Source: Caecitellus pseudoparvulus
Taxonomy: Eukaryota; Protista; Bigyra: Bicosoecida
Direction of reading: 5' to 3'
Assembly: GCA_965644315.1 (NCBI GenBank)
Contig: CBFFRQ010000041.1
Location: forward strand, 1 to 64,000
Length of the DNA: 64,000 nt
Positions 54,675-64,000 of the stretch are shown one piece after another. The notes below the pieces were generated by a model, which did not search any database, was not told the DNA's origin, and worked only from the letters and a program-made list of their open reading frames with translations. Position numbers and translations under genes: made by a program. Each line of letters starts with the position of its first letter. The stretch's first letter is position 1.

Positions 54675-55296
54675 TCAGGCGCCCGCGTCGGGCTTGTCCG
54701 AGCAGCCGCAATCCCCCCACCGCTCCTTCAGCGCAGCAGGTTCGCAGGAGAAGGGCGTCTTCCCCAGTCGCACGTTGACTTCGTTGTGCCTGTGGCAGAA
54801 CCATGCCACAAGGGCTGGACCGGAGTGCGTCGTGGGGGGGCTGCGAGCCAGCATCTCCCGGAAGTGCCCCGCGCACTCTGAGCAGGGGTAGAACTGGCCC
54901 AAGGAGTGAATGAAAGCCTGCATGTCCTGTTCCTGCTGCCTGGATGGCTCTGCCGGGTACTGCGCTGCCATGCGGTGCAGGAGCGTCCAGGACGACCGAC
55001 CCAGCTGCTGCCGAGTGGGGATGGCGCCCGATGCGAAGCCGCGCAGGGCGCTGTCGCTGTCTCGGCCTGGCCCGCCCACCACAAAGCCCAGCACTGCGAG
55101 GCAGATGACTGCAGCAGCCACGCCCAGCACGCGCAACGGCAGCACCACCTCACATGCGTCGCCGTTCCGCCTGCACAACATGCCTGATGCAGGACCGATT
55201 TCCGCGAGTGCGCCGAGCTTGCACAGCGGCCCTTCACAACCTCGAGGGCCCACGTGTGTCAGACAGAGTGCAGCGAGCATCACCTGTGGCCAGTGC
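54675..55296 (-). CDS. Erv1/ALR-family FAD-dependent sulfhydryl oxidase with N-terminal hydrophobic anchor (Erv2-like; start uncertain)
   Basis: LGRSSWTLLHRMAAQYP, FYPCSECAGHF, WFCHRHNEVNVRLGKTPFSC, ERWGDCGC. Confidence 0.9.
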
Positions 55297-55689
55297 ATCC
55301 CGTGGGGGGGAAATGTGGCGAGAGGTGCAGCTGTGCCGCACCAGCAGGCACGCCCCCGCTGCCCGACTCCATCAACCAAGCAAGGCGAGGACAAAAGCTG
55401 CAGCTGCAGAGCCACGGTGTGGGGAGGAGCCTCCTTCGCGCACGCAGAGCGGCACTGAGCAGGACCCGCCACAAGCGGCCAGCCACATAAACTTCGACAA
55501 ACATGCTCCCCTTTCTTTGTATCCGCCTACGCCTCCCTGCCTTGCCATCACCTCTGCCGGTGCTTGAGCGGTGCATGGGCTGAGCCAGCTCCTCACTTGA
55601 CAAGGAGGAGAATCAACGCCGGTCTTCCTTGCCTGGCGCCCTTGACGAGGAGCCCTGCGGCAGCCACGGCAGGAAAGGAAACCATCCAC

Positions 55690-56550
55690 ATGCAAGTTCA
55701 TGTCCCTGCCCCCGTGCAGCTTCTGGAGCCGCTCCCTGGCGCGGGTCTGCCCGGCACAAGCGCCCGCCGTTGTCGCAGCAGCGCGGCAGGAGGCAGCATC
55801 GACGCTGGCGGGCGCCCCTCCCTGCCACCCCTGCTGCAGCCCCCACAAAGTGCCGCAGACGGTGCCGAACACATGTCTGCGGGTGCCAGCAGGGCCAGCC
55901 GCAGTCCTTTTCTCCGTGCTGGCTCCGAGGCAGCAGCAGTGCGCGGCCGGCGCCCAGCCACCCTGCAGCCCCTCCCGCCAGGCAGCACATCGGGGCTGTC
56001 GGCGTCGCCCAGCTGCAGCTCCGGCCGGTACAGCCCTGCTGCCATGTCTCCATCACACCTCATTTCCCCTCCCCGAGCTGGGCGGCGCAGGGGAGACCGC
56101 CTGGCCCCCCTGCCTGTGCGCCATGGAGGGCTGCTTCCACAGGAAGCTTCCTCACCCGCCAGCCCTCAGTTGGCACCAGCGCCCAGCGCTGTGCAGTTGC
56201 CACCCATGGAAACCCCCATTGACGATCCACATGCCCCCTTACACCCCGACACCCACCAGGCTGCCGAAACTGCACCGCCGCTGGCCTGGGCGCTTGCTGC
56301 AACGCGAAGCAGGTCCCCTGTCGAGCCGACCTGCGGTACGCAGGCCGGCAGGGCTGCAACTCCCCCTCGAGAGGCGGCCCTACGGCCAGGACAGTGCAGG
56401 ACGCCCTTGCGTGGCGTGGGGCAGAGCGGCACCCCCCCCAGCATGCCGCACAGAGCCCACAGAGGCGGCAGTGGCTCGCACTGCGCCGCCTCCAGCCCCC
56501 GCTTCGCGCATGTGCGGAACATGCCGAGTTTGTCAGATGACCCTTGCTAG
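55690..56550 (+). CDS. Pro/Ser-rich low-complexity hypothetical protein
   Basis: Open frame ending in TAG immediately followed by AATGCA (56552-56557). No domain recognised. Confidence 0.3.
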   Translation: MQVHVPAPVQLLEPLPGAGLPGTSARRCRSSAAGGSIDAGGRPSLPPLLQPPQSAADGAEHMSAGASRASRSPFLRAGSEAAAVRGRRPATLQPLPPGSTSGLSASPSCSSGRYSPAAMSPSHLISPPRAGRRRGDRLAPLPVRHGGLLPQEASSPASPQLAPAPSAVQLPPMETPIDDPHAPLHPDTHQAAETAPPLAWALAATRSRSPVEPTCGTQAGRAATPPREAALRPGQCRTPLRGVGQSGTPPSMPHRAHRGGSGSHCAASSPRFAHVRNMPSLSDDPC

Positions 56551-56786
56551 CAATGCATGTGTGCAGGAGTTGCCTGCTGCCCTTGCCTTGCTTGAAGAGG
56601 CGGCACGCTGTGCCTGCCACGCCGGTGCTCAGAACTGCCCTTGCCGCAAAACCGCACACACACGGGACCCTGTAAAACCCGAAATGGTTCCCCGTGGGGC
56701 TGTGTGGCCACTGTGCTGCCTGCCCAAGAAGCAGGAGCAGCGTGGGCGGCACGGTGCCTGGCGTGTGGGCCGCGAGCCAGCCAAGC

Positions 56787-59700
56787 ATGAGCGGCGGGGG
56801 CCAGCACCAAGGCGGAGGTGGGAGCCAGGCCAGTGCAGCAGGCGGCAACAATGCTGCCCTGCAACTGGACGCCACTATACGAGCCCTGGAGCACAGCCAC
56901 CTGACGAGCCGGACGCTGTCCCTGGCGGACTTCGTGCTCACAGGGCCGCCAGCCACACTGGGCAGCGACGTCAAGCTGCTGTACGCCAAGTGTTCTCGGG
57001 CTGGCCTGCCCCAGGCCGACAAGGTGTACCTCCTCAAGGTGTGTGGCTGCATCGCCGCCCTGCTGGCGCTTCGCGCTGCTGCAGAGCGTGCCGCGGGGCT
57101 TGCCGCAAGTGGCAGCGTTTTGCTGCACGTGTCCGTGCAAAGCCACTGCCCTGCCACCACCCGCAGGTCTTCCCAGCAGAGGCGAGCCATGCATACGAGA
57201 ATGAGCTGGAGGTGGCTGTGAGCCTGCCTGCTCACCCGTACGTGTCACACACCTGGACTGCCTTCCAGGCCAGCCCTCCACACCCCTGTACGTGCTGCGA
57301 GAGAGGCAAGCGAAACGCTGCTCTTCCGCAGCCAGCCACGCTGCCCTGCGCTCCCCTGCAGTTGACGGAGCACTGAAGGACTTCGGGGAGGCCCTTGTCA
57401 TCGTCCAAGACAGCCACCCTGCCAACCTCAGCCAGCTGGAAGCTGAGCCGTCTGCTTGCTCCCTCCCCGTGTTCATGCGCACTGGGCTGTGTTTGCTGGA
57501 GGTGAGGAGGTCGGAGCCGCGCCGCCGTGCAGCGCCGCCACGCGCACCACGCCCCACCCCCTCCGCAGGCCCTGTCCTTCTTGAAAGCCCAGGGGGTCAT
57601 CCAGCCTTACCTGCAGTCCAGCCACGTCGGCATCACTCACAAAGGGCACCCCGTCCTGCAGAACCTCGTCGGCGCCCTCACCTGCCGCATCTCTGCCGGC
57701 GACACCGGCGGCGCCGCCAAACTCTCTGCGCCGGCGCGGGACGTCGTCGCAGCAGCTGCAGCAGCCACGTCAGGCGAGGTGCCTGACTCCGCCGCTGCCC
57801 TCGCGCGCTTCCCGCCGCTGTGCATGCTGGCGCCGGAAGTGCTCACGGGCGTGCTGCAGAGCTGGGAGGGCGGCGCCGACCTGCCAGTGGACGTGTCCGC
57901 CCAGGCGTCCTTCCTCGCGGGGCAGCTCCTGCATCGTATCGTGAGTGGGCGCCCACCCCTGCCCGAGTACCCCTGGCGGTACCTCACAGGCGGCGGGGGG
58001 GGGCAAGGACCGCAGTCCCTCACTTACGAGGTGGGGTGGCTGAACCAGCTGCCCTCGCACATCCCACCCCACCTGGCCTCCACCGTGGCACACCTCCTCG
58101 CGCCCATGCCCTCTCAGCGCATGCCCATCGAAGTGGCCGTGCGCACGTTCGCTCAGATGGGGGCTGCCGGCATCGGCGTGCCCCCCCCCCTCCCCCTCGT
58201 CGCTCGCCTGCTGCTGCTGACGGTGCAGCCCACAGTCACGCCAGTGGCAGACATTCCCGTGGGAAGCGATTGCCCGCGAGGAGCAGCTGCTGTCCTGCAC
58301 GCGGCCCCCCCCGTCCGCATCCCTGTGCCCGTGTGGCCGTCAGACAGCGTGGGGGCAGTGGCGCAGCGGGCCGCGCACCTGGCAGGCTACTCCTGTGGCA
58401 TCCACCGCCCCGAGGTGCGCCTGGTGCTGCCAGCCGCCCCCTCAGCGGCGCTGGATGACGCCCTGGGCACAGTTGCAGACGTCGTCTTCTCTCGCCCGGC
58501 GTGCTTCACGGGACCAGGCTCCCTGGCCGCCGCAGACCTGGCGCCCCTCCCGCACTGCTCTGTCGGCGTCGTGTACATCAACGCGCCCCTGCTGTCCGCG
58601 TGTGCTGCCAAGGAGGGGCGCGACGAGCCCCAAGCTGCGTCGCAGGGACCGCAGGAGGCGCCAACTGCCAGCCCCGGCGCCGACAGCACCGCCTACACGC
58701 CGGCCGTGTCCGACGGGCTGGGCGCGTTCGGCGCAAGCAGCGTGGAGGGGGGGCTCAGTGGTGGCATGTACCTGGGACTGGGCGGCGTCTCCGGCATGTT
58801 TGGAGACCTCGGCTCAGGCTTCGGCTCAGCCCTGCTGGCGCCGGACATGGAGTCTATGCTGCAGCAGGCAGGCACGGCCGCCGTGCCGCCAGGCCTGCCT
58901 GGCGCAGACCCACCCAAGACCTTCACCGTCACCCCCGGGCCGCCTCTGACTGGCTTCATGGAGTCCTTCACGCCCCCTGACTTCCCCGCCTCCGCCCTGG
59001 AGGCCCCCTCGACAGGCGAGGATGCTACGGAGGGAATAGTTGTCACTGCCATCCATCCCAGCCAACTTCCCCCAGCCCTCCAACCCACCACCAGCAGCCC
59101 CCCACCTGAGCAGGACAAACCTGCCCCGGCAGCTTCAGGGGGCTGGGCCAGTGTCGCGAAGCGCGCTGCTGAGCGTAGCAGTGCCGGGGACGACTCCGCA
59201 CCCACTTCCACGGGCGTGGCCGCGGCTGCCGGAGCCGAGGCGCCGATGGCCCGCCCAGACAGCCACAGCTCCAGCGCCAAGGTGCCCCCTGGCTCCCTGG
59301 GGGCGGACTGCGCGTGGCGCACGCTGCCAGACGTGGACATGGCGGAGGAAGTGTCCCGGCGGTGTGGCGTGGTGGTGGCGGCCGTGAAGGCGGGCAAGAC
59401 CTTCACCCGCCTGGCCAACCTGCGGGACGGGCTGCGGGACATGCAGGACCGCACGCACACACGGGATGAGGCGTCCCTGCTGGCGCTCAGCGCACAGGGC
59501 TTCCTGCAGGCGTCCATGGCCGCCCTGGAGATGGGCCGCCTGCGGGACGCTTCCTGCGCCAGCTTCGCGCTGCAGTGCCTGGGCAACCTGGCCATGCAGC
59601 AGGAAGTGCGGCAGGAAGCGGCGGACGCAGGCGCCATTGAGAGTGTCGTTGCCACCATGCAGACGTACAGCTCCAACGCACGGGTGCTGAAGGACGCCGT

Positions 59701-60157
59701 GGTGGCCCTGCGCCACCTCGCGTACGAAAACGACGGCAACAAGTTCCGCATCGTGTCCTCTGGCGCAGTGACCGCCGTCGTCGCAGCCATGCAGTCCTGC
59801 CCTGACTCCGCCCAGGTGCAGCGGCAGTGCTGCAGCGCCATGGGCATCTTTGCCGTGCACTCCAGCAAGGGCGACGTGGCCAAGCAGACCATCACTGATG
59901 CAGGGGGTGTGGCAGCCATCCTGGCCGCCGTGCGGCAGCACTCGGAGGACCCCGTCGTCATCGCCGCCGCGTTCAAGACCCTGGGCACCCTGGTGCACTT
60001 GCCTGCTGCCCGGGACGCAGCCCAGGCAGACGGCGTGGAAGAACTCATGCAGGAGGTGTCTGGCTGGGCAGACGCACAGGGCAGTCGGCAGGTGCAGGAA
60101 GCCATCCGCCTTGCTGCTCGCCGGCTGCGCGGGTCTGCGGGTGCCGGCAAAAGGTAG
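56787..60157 (+). CDS. Degenerate protein-kinase-like N-terminus plus C-terminal armadillo repeats, multi-exon
   Basis: Kinase-like traces (YLLK|VF, ENELEVAVSLPAHPYV, MLAPEVL, SFLAGQLLHRIVSG, HLLAPMPSQRM). ARM repeats (LGNLA...AGAIESVVATM, LRHLAYENDGNKFRIVSSGAV, AGGVAAILAAV). Confidence 0.65.
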
Positions 60158-60228
60158 TCGCCAGCGTGCGTGTCTGTCATTAATGCAGCTGGTCGTGTGT
60201 CGCGCAGTGCATTGCAAGTTGGGGTCGC

Positions 60229-60958
60229 TCAAGCCACCTTCTGGATCTTCTGATGCTCCCACTCCCGCCCACACAGCGGGCACACGTTCCGGGTCTTCAA
60301 CCAGCGCTGGATGCACTCCAAGTGGAAGCAGTGGTTGCACGTGCCCCAAGAGATGGTCACTTCCGACACGCCCAGCGCTTGGTGGTCGATGCTAGGCTCA
60401 TACAGCGAGTTCCTGCAGATGGCGCAGTTCTCCTGCGAAACCAGCGCCGCGTCAGCAATGCGTGGCACGCCGTCGCGTCACACAGCGCCCCCGCGCGAGG
60501 CCTGCCGGGTGCACTGCAGCCCTTGTGCAGACAAACACCTTGGCGGCGCAATGCAACAGCGGTAAAGGCTGGCGCCGCTGCACGGACGCAACTTGGCCAA
60601 GGCGTGGTGGCCTCAGAGAAACGCGGGAGTACCCCACACAAGCCAAGCTCGACAAGCACCCTTCCCGGAATCCAGCGCACGCACCTGATCGTTGTCCCAA
60701 CTCCACATGCCGATGGGAATCCACTTCTTCACCTGCGAGGACACAGCGCCGTCACATGGTGCTGCAAAGGCTCCCGGAAGCGGTGCAGGCGTGCAGACAC
60801 GCCGCCGCCCGTACCTGGAAGCGCTGCTCCCCCTCGGGGCCTGTACACGCGAAGCGGAGAAACTCCGTGCAGCTGTGTGCATGTGACACTAATTTCTTGC
60901 TTTGGGCACACGCACCTGCGCCTGCGCCCGCTGTGGCAGGAGCTGCTGCTGCTGCCAT
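60229..60958 (-). CDS. RBX1: RING-box protein (Rbx1/Roc1-like RING-H2), multi-exon
   Basis: [13 protein letters not shown]..|ENCAICRN...[30 protein letters not shown]. Confidence 0.85.
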
Positions 60959-61186
60959 CTTGGTGAACCTGGATGTCCTACTGCGCCGCTCTCGCGACAG
61001 TGGGCTGCGTGCTGTTGAGAGGCCTTGGGGGGGCCTGCGGGGCTGCTCGCGAAAGCTCAGCTGTTGCTGAATTCAACTCGTGCGAAGGGTGCATTGGCTA
61101 CCGGCATTTTGCCCTGTGGCTGCACTTGCTTCGCCCGGGCGCCGGCACAGCTGTCTCAAGTGTGCCGCGCAGCGTGCCTGCACGCC

Positions 61187-62193
61187 TCACATGGCAGCTG
61201 CCAACTGGGCGTCAGACACGTAGTGCCCGCCGGCAGCGCAGCGGAAGCCACCCTCCACCTGGCGCCAAGGGTATCCAGACACGCAGCTGCCGACGCGCTG
61301 CAGGGCGGCCTGCTGCTCCGGCGTGGGTCCAGGGGGCGTCAGGTCCACGACGACGTCGCGCAGGATCTCCTCTGCCTTTTCCTTGTCTGAGGAGAAGGAG
61401 AAGGACGCCACGATGGTCAGCTTGTTCTGGGGGTCCTGGATGAACGCCTTCATGTGCGGCAGCAGCTCCATCTGGTCGCTGGACATGCCGAACTTCTGCA
61501 GCACCTCCACAATCTGGGTGCAGGGCATGTCGTACACGAGCTTGGGCCCCACGAACAGCTGCAGGGCCTCTGCCTTGTCCGAGGAGAAGTCGAACGCCTC
61601 CAGCACCTGCACCAGCTGGTCGGCGTCCAGGGGTGGGTTGGGCTTCTCCGCAACTTCCGCCTTGAGGGCCTCCAGGCGGTCAGAGGACATGGAGCAGTCC
61701 GCCAGGCGTGCAAGCAGCGCTGCCATGTCCTCCTCGGACCGGTGGCCGTCGTCCTCGATGGCGTGCACCTGCAGCGTGCCGGCCTTGGCCGGCGAGAAGC
61801 CGCCCAGCAGGGCTAGCGCCGCCTCTTTGTCGCTCGAGAAGGAGAACACCTCCCCCACGACGTCTGCATCGCCGGGGTTGCTCACGTGGCCTTCAAATTC
61901 CTTCAGTGCGTCCAACTGTGCCGCAGGCAGCAATACTTGCCGTGAGCAGGCACACGCGCAGGATGGCTGCCGCTGCGGGGCGGCCCGCGCTGCGTCCGTA
62001 CCTTGTCAGAGTCCATGCTGAAGCACTCGAGCAGCTTGGCAACTTGCTCCGTGGTGAAGACGAAGTTCTGCACCAGGGTCTTCACAAAGGCGATTTGAGT
62101 TGAAGTGAAGCCGCCGTCCCCAACCACTGCGACGGAGGTCTCCAACTGCTCCTCGCTCATCTCCACGCCCACTGCACCTCCTTGAGCAGCCAT
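61187..62193 (-). CDS. DUF4476-like repeat protein with C-terminal Cys/His motif (one intron)
   Basis: Repeated FxFxSDK motifs (FSMDSDK, FSFSSDK, FDFSSDK). C-terminal GSCVSGYPW...GGFRCAAGGHYVSD. Confidence 0.7.
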
Positions 62194-63162
62194 GTTGTTT
62201 GGGGGTTGGTTCTGCGAGGAGCGCAGCGAGGTGTGCACGGTGTGTGGCCTTGCAGCCCTAGGGCGCCTTCGATGCGGGAAACACGGAGGCGCCACGCCGC
62301 GCCTCGCTGCAGCCATGCAGGCTGACACACGCAACACACATGAAGGGGAAAAGTAGTCCACGAAGGGATCCGTGTTGTGTGCTCGGATTGGCGTTTGGGT
62401 GCTGCGTGTGGGACTTGAATTGTGTGCAACGCGCAAGTATGCCGCTCCCGAGCCACCACGCCAACTCATGAAACGGCTGCCCTGACACCCCCCCGACCGA
62501 CATGCCGCCGCCGCCACGAAGCTTGCGGGGCTTGGCACTGCACCAGCTCTCACAGAGCGCCGGCCCGCCCCTCTCCAAGGTGCATAAACAGCAATGCTTC
62601 GATACCTTGCAAGGTTGAAGCGTCTTCTCGACATGCTGTACTTCGGAGCCAGTTGCAGTGAGGTGCCGGTTTCGGCGCTCGCAAGCGCCCACCCACGAGC
62701 TTGCCGGGCCCAAGGCTTACGAGGGCCGCCCCACATCCTAGCCAGGTGCTCTATGCCATGAAATGCTAGCCCGATGAATGCTAGGGCGTCACGTGGTTGA
62801 GGTAGCCTGCATGGCGAGTGCTGGAAGCGGCTGAACCGTGGCGAGTCCGGTGCCAGCGCAAGAAGTACCTTGACCCTGCCTTCCTGGTGCATGGCGCGCA
62901 GCTCTTTCCGGGAACAGCCTTGACGCCCATGACAGAGGACTGGACAGGCTTCGACTGGGGTGGTCAGCCGCGCTCCAACATGCCCCAGCAGCAAGCCCCA
63001 CAAACCAAGCACAGCTTCAAACAACAAACCCCTTGCACATGTTGGCACTTGACCCCCTTGCAAGCCTCTGTTTCTCGCTGCCCACCCAGCACTGTTTGTC
63101 CACTGCAACGGGCAAGGCCTGCACCAGCTCCGTGCGGCCGACACACTCCCAGCCCACAAGAC

Positions 63163-63790
63163 ATGGCTGCAGGCAGCGTCCCACGCAACTTCAAGCTGCT
63201 GGATGAGCTGGAGGATGCCGAGCGGAGCCAGGAAGGCATGGCGGACATTTCCCTTGGTGGGTAGCGCTTTCTCTGGGCTGCAAGAGACTGTGCGGAAACT
63301 GCGCCACCACGCCTTCCCGCCCACTGCACGCCAGGCCTCGTGACGCTGGAGGACACGCTGATGAACAACTGGCAGGGCACCATTGTGCAGGCGGCAGTGA
63401 GTGGTGCCTGCTGCCTGGCTGGTGGTGCAGGCACCCCCAGCACTGGCACCCGCATGTCGCTCGCAGGGAGGTGGCTCAGACGTCCGTGTTTGGTTCCTGT
63501 CCTTGGTGGCTGGCCCTGACTACCCCACACAGTGCCCCACCATCAAGTTCACGTCCAAGATCAACATGACGGGTGTGGACAGCAAGGGCAACGTGAGCGG
63601 AGCGGCGCGCCAGTGCATTGCCGGCGTCCACACACACCCCACCCACACAAGCACACAGGTGGACCCCTCCAAGATTGCATACTTGAAGGACTGGCAGCCA
63701 AGCAACACCCTGAAGGGGGCACTGACTGCCATCAAGGCTGCCATTGGCTCTGCCCCTCGCTCGCAGCCGGAGGACGGCGAGACGTATTGA
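63163..63790 (+). CDS. UBE2V: Ubiquitin-conjugating enzyme E2 variant (Uev1/Mms2), multi-exon
   Basis: VPRNFKLLDELE, ISLG|L...LMNNWQGTI, GPDYPTQCPTIKFTSKINMTGVD, SQPEDGETY. Confidence 0.93.
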
Positions 63791-63795
63791 CAGGG

Positions 63796-63803
63796 AATGC
63801 ATT
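63796..63803. promoter_or_regulatory. Palindromic AATGCATT, candidate bidirectional 3'-end signal
   Basis: In the 24-nt gap between the convergent UBE2V and NDUFS7 genes. Confidence 0.55.
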
Positions 63804-63814
63804 GCTGAGCCTGC

Positions 63815-64000
63815 TCATTTGCGCATCTTCAGCAGCAGCCCCCGGTTGCCTTTGATCTTCTTCTGCAGCTGCAGCAGGCCGTACAGCAGGGCCTCAGCGG
63901 TGGGCGGGCAGCCAGGCACGTACACGTCCACAGGCACAATCTTGTCACAACCCCGGACAACTGAGTAGGAGTAGTGGTAGTAGCCGCCGCCGTTGGCACA
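63815..64000 (-). CDS. NDUFS7: NADH:ubiquinone oxidoreductase PSST subunit, C-terminal part (gene continues beyond window)
   Basis: Minus-strand translation [49 protein letters not shown]. Confidence 0.96.
   Translation of the reverse strand, partial: CANGGGYYHYSYSVVRGCDKIVPVDVYVPGCPPTAEALLYGLLQLQKKIKGNRGLLLKMRK

Noticed and set aside
61903-63324. 473-aa minus-strand ORF
   Set aside because: Only the 3' part (from MAAQGG) belongs to the DUF4476-like gene. The rest is GC-rich open frame across intergenic DNA and antisense to UBE2V.

Overview
GC-rich, gene-dense eukaryotic genomic DNA with short GT-AG introns. The style resembles a heterotrophic protist such as a bicosoecid-like stramenopile, but that is inference only. 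The left ~10.5 kb is a head-to-tail array of two divergent, related non-LTR retrotransposons (RT with YADD and a C-terminal CCHC motif; the APE endonuclease is visible in element B, while element A is cut by the window edge). Each ends not in poly(A) but in a conserved structured RNA domain, supported by compensatory base changes, that terminates in a telomere-like C-strand tract (CTAACC/CTAACCCCTAACC). A third, 5'-truncated copy of this 3' module sits directly in front of the AUG-less ORF of element B. The array is fused to a host gene fragment truncated at the telomere-like tract, suggesting telomere-capping or chromosome-healing retroelements at a left chromosome end. Inward lie a frameshifted ankyrin gene, a ~4,700-aa FG-GAP/mucin/multi-TM surface protein, and then a compact run of host genes: LAS1, O-fucosyltransferase, BK-type K+ channel, HSBP1, METAP2, PSMD9, DUF4349, SPFH, EF-hand, GT32, WW-PH, ankyrin-HDAC, Erv/ALR, kinase-like-ARM, RBX1-like, DUF4476, UBE2V/MMS2 and NDUFS7. 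A recurrent AATGCA(TT) motif just after stop codons looks like a lineage-specific 3'-end signal and also occurs in the retroelement 3' module.
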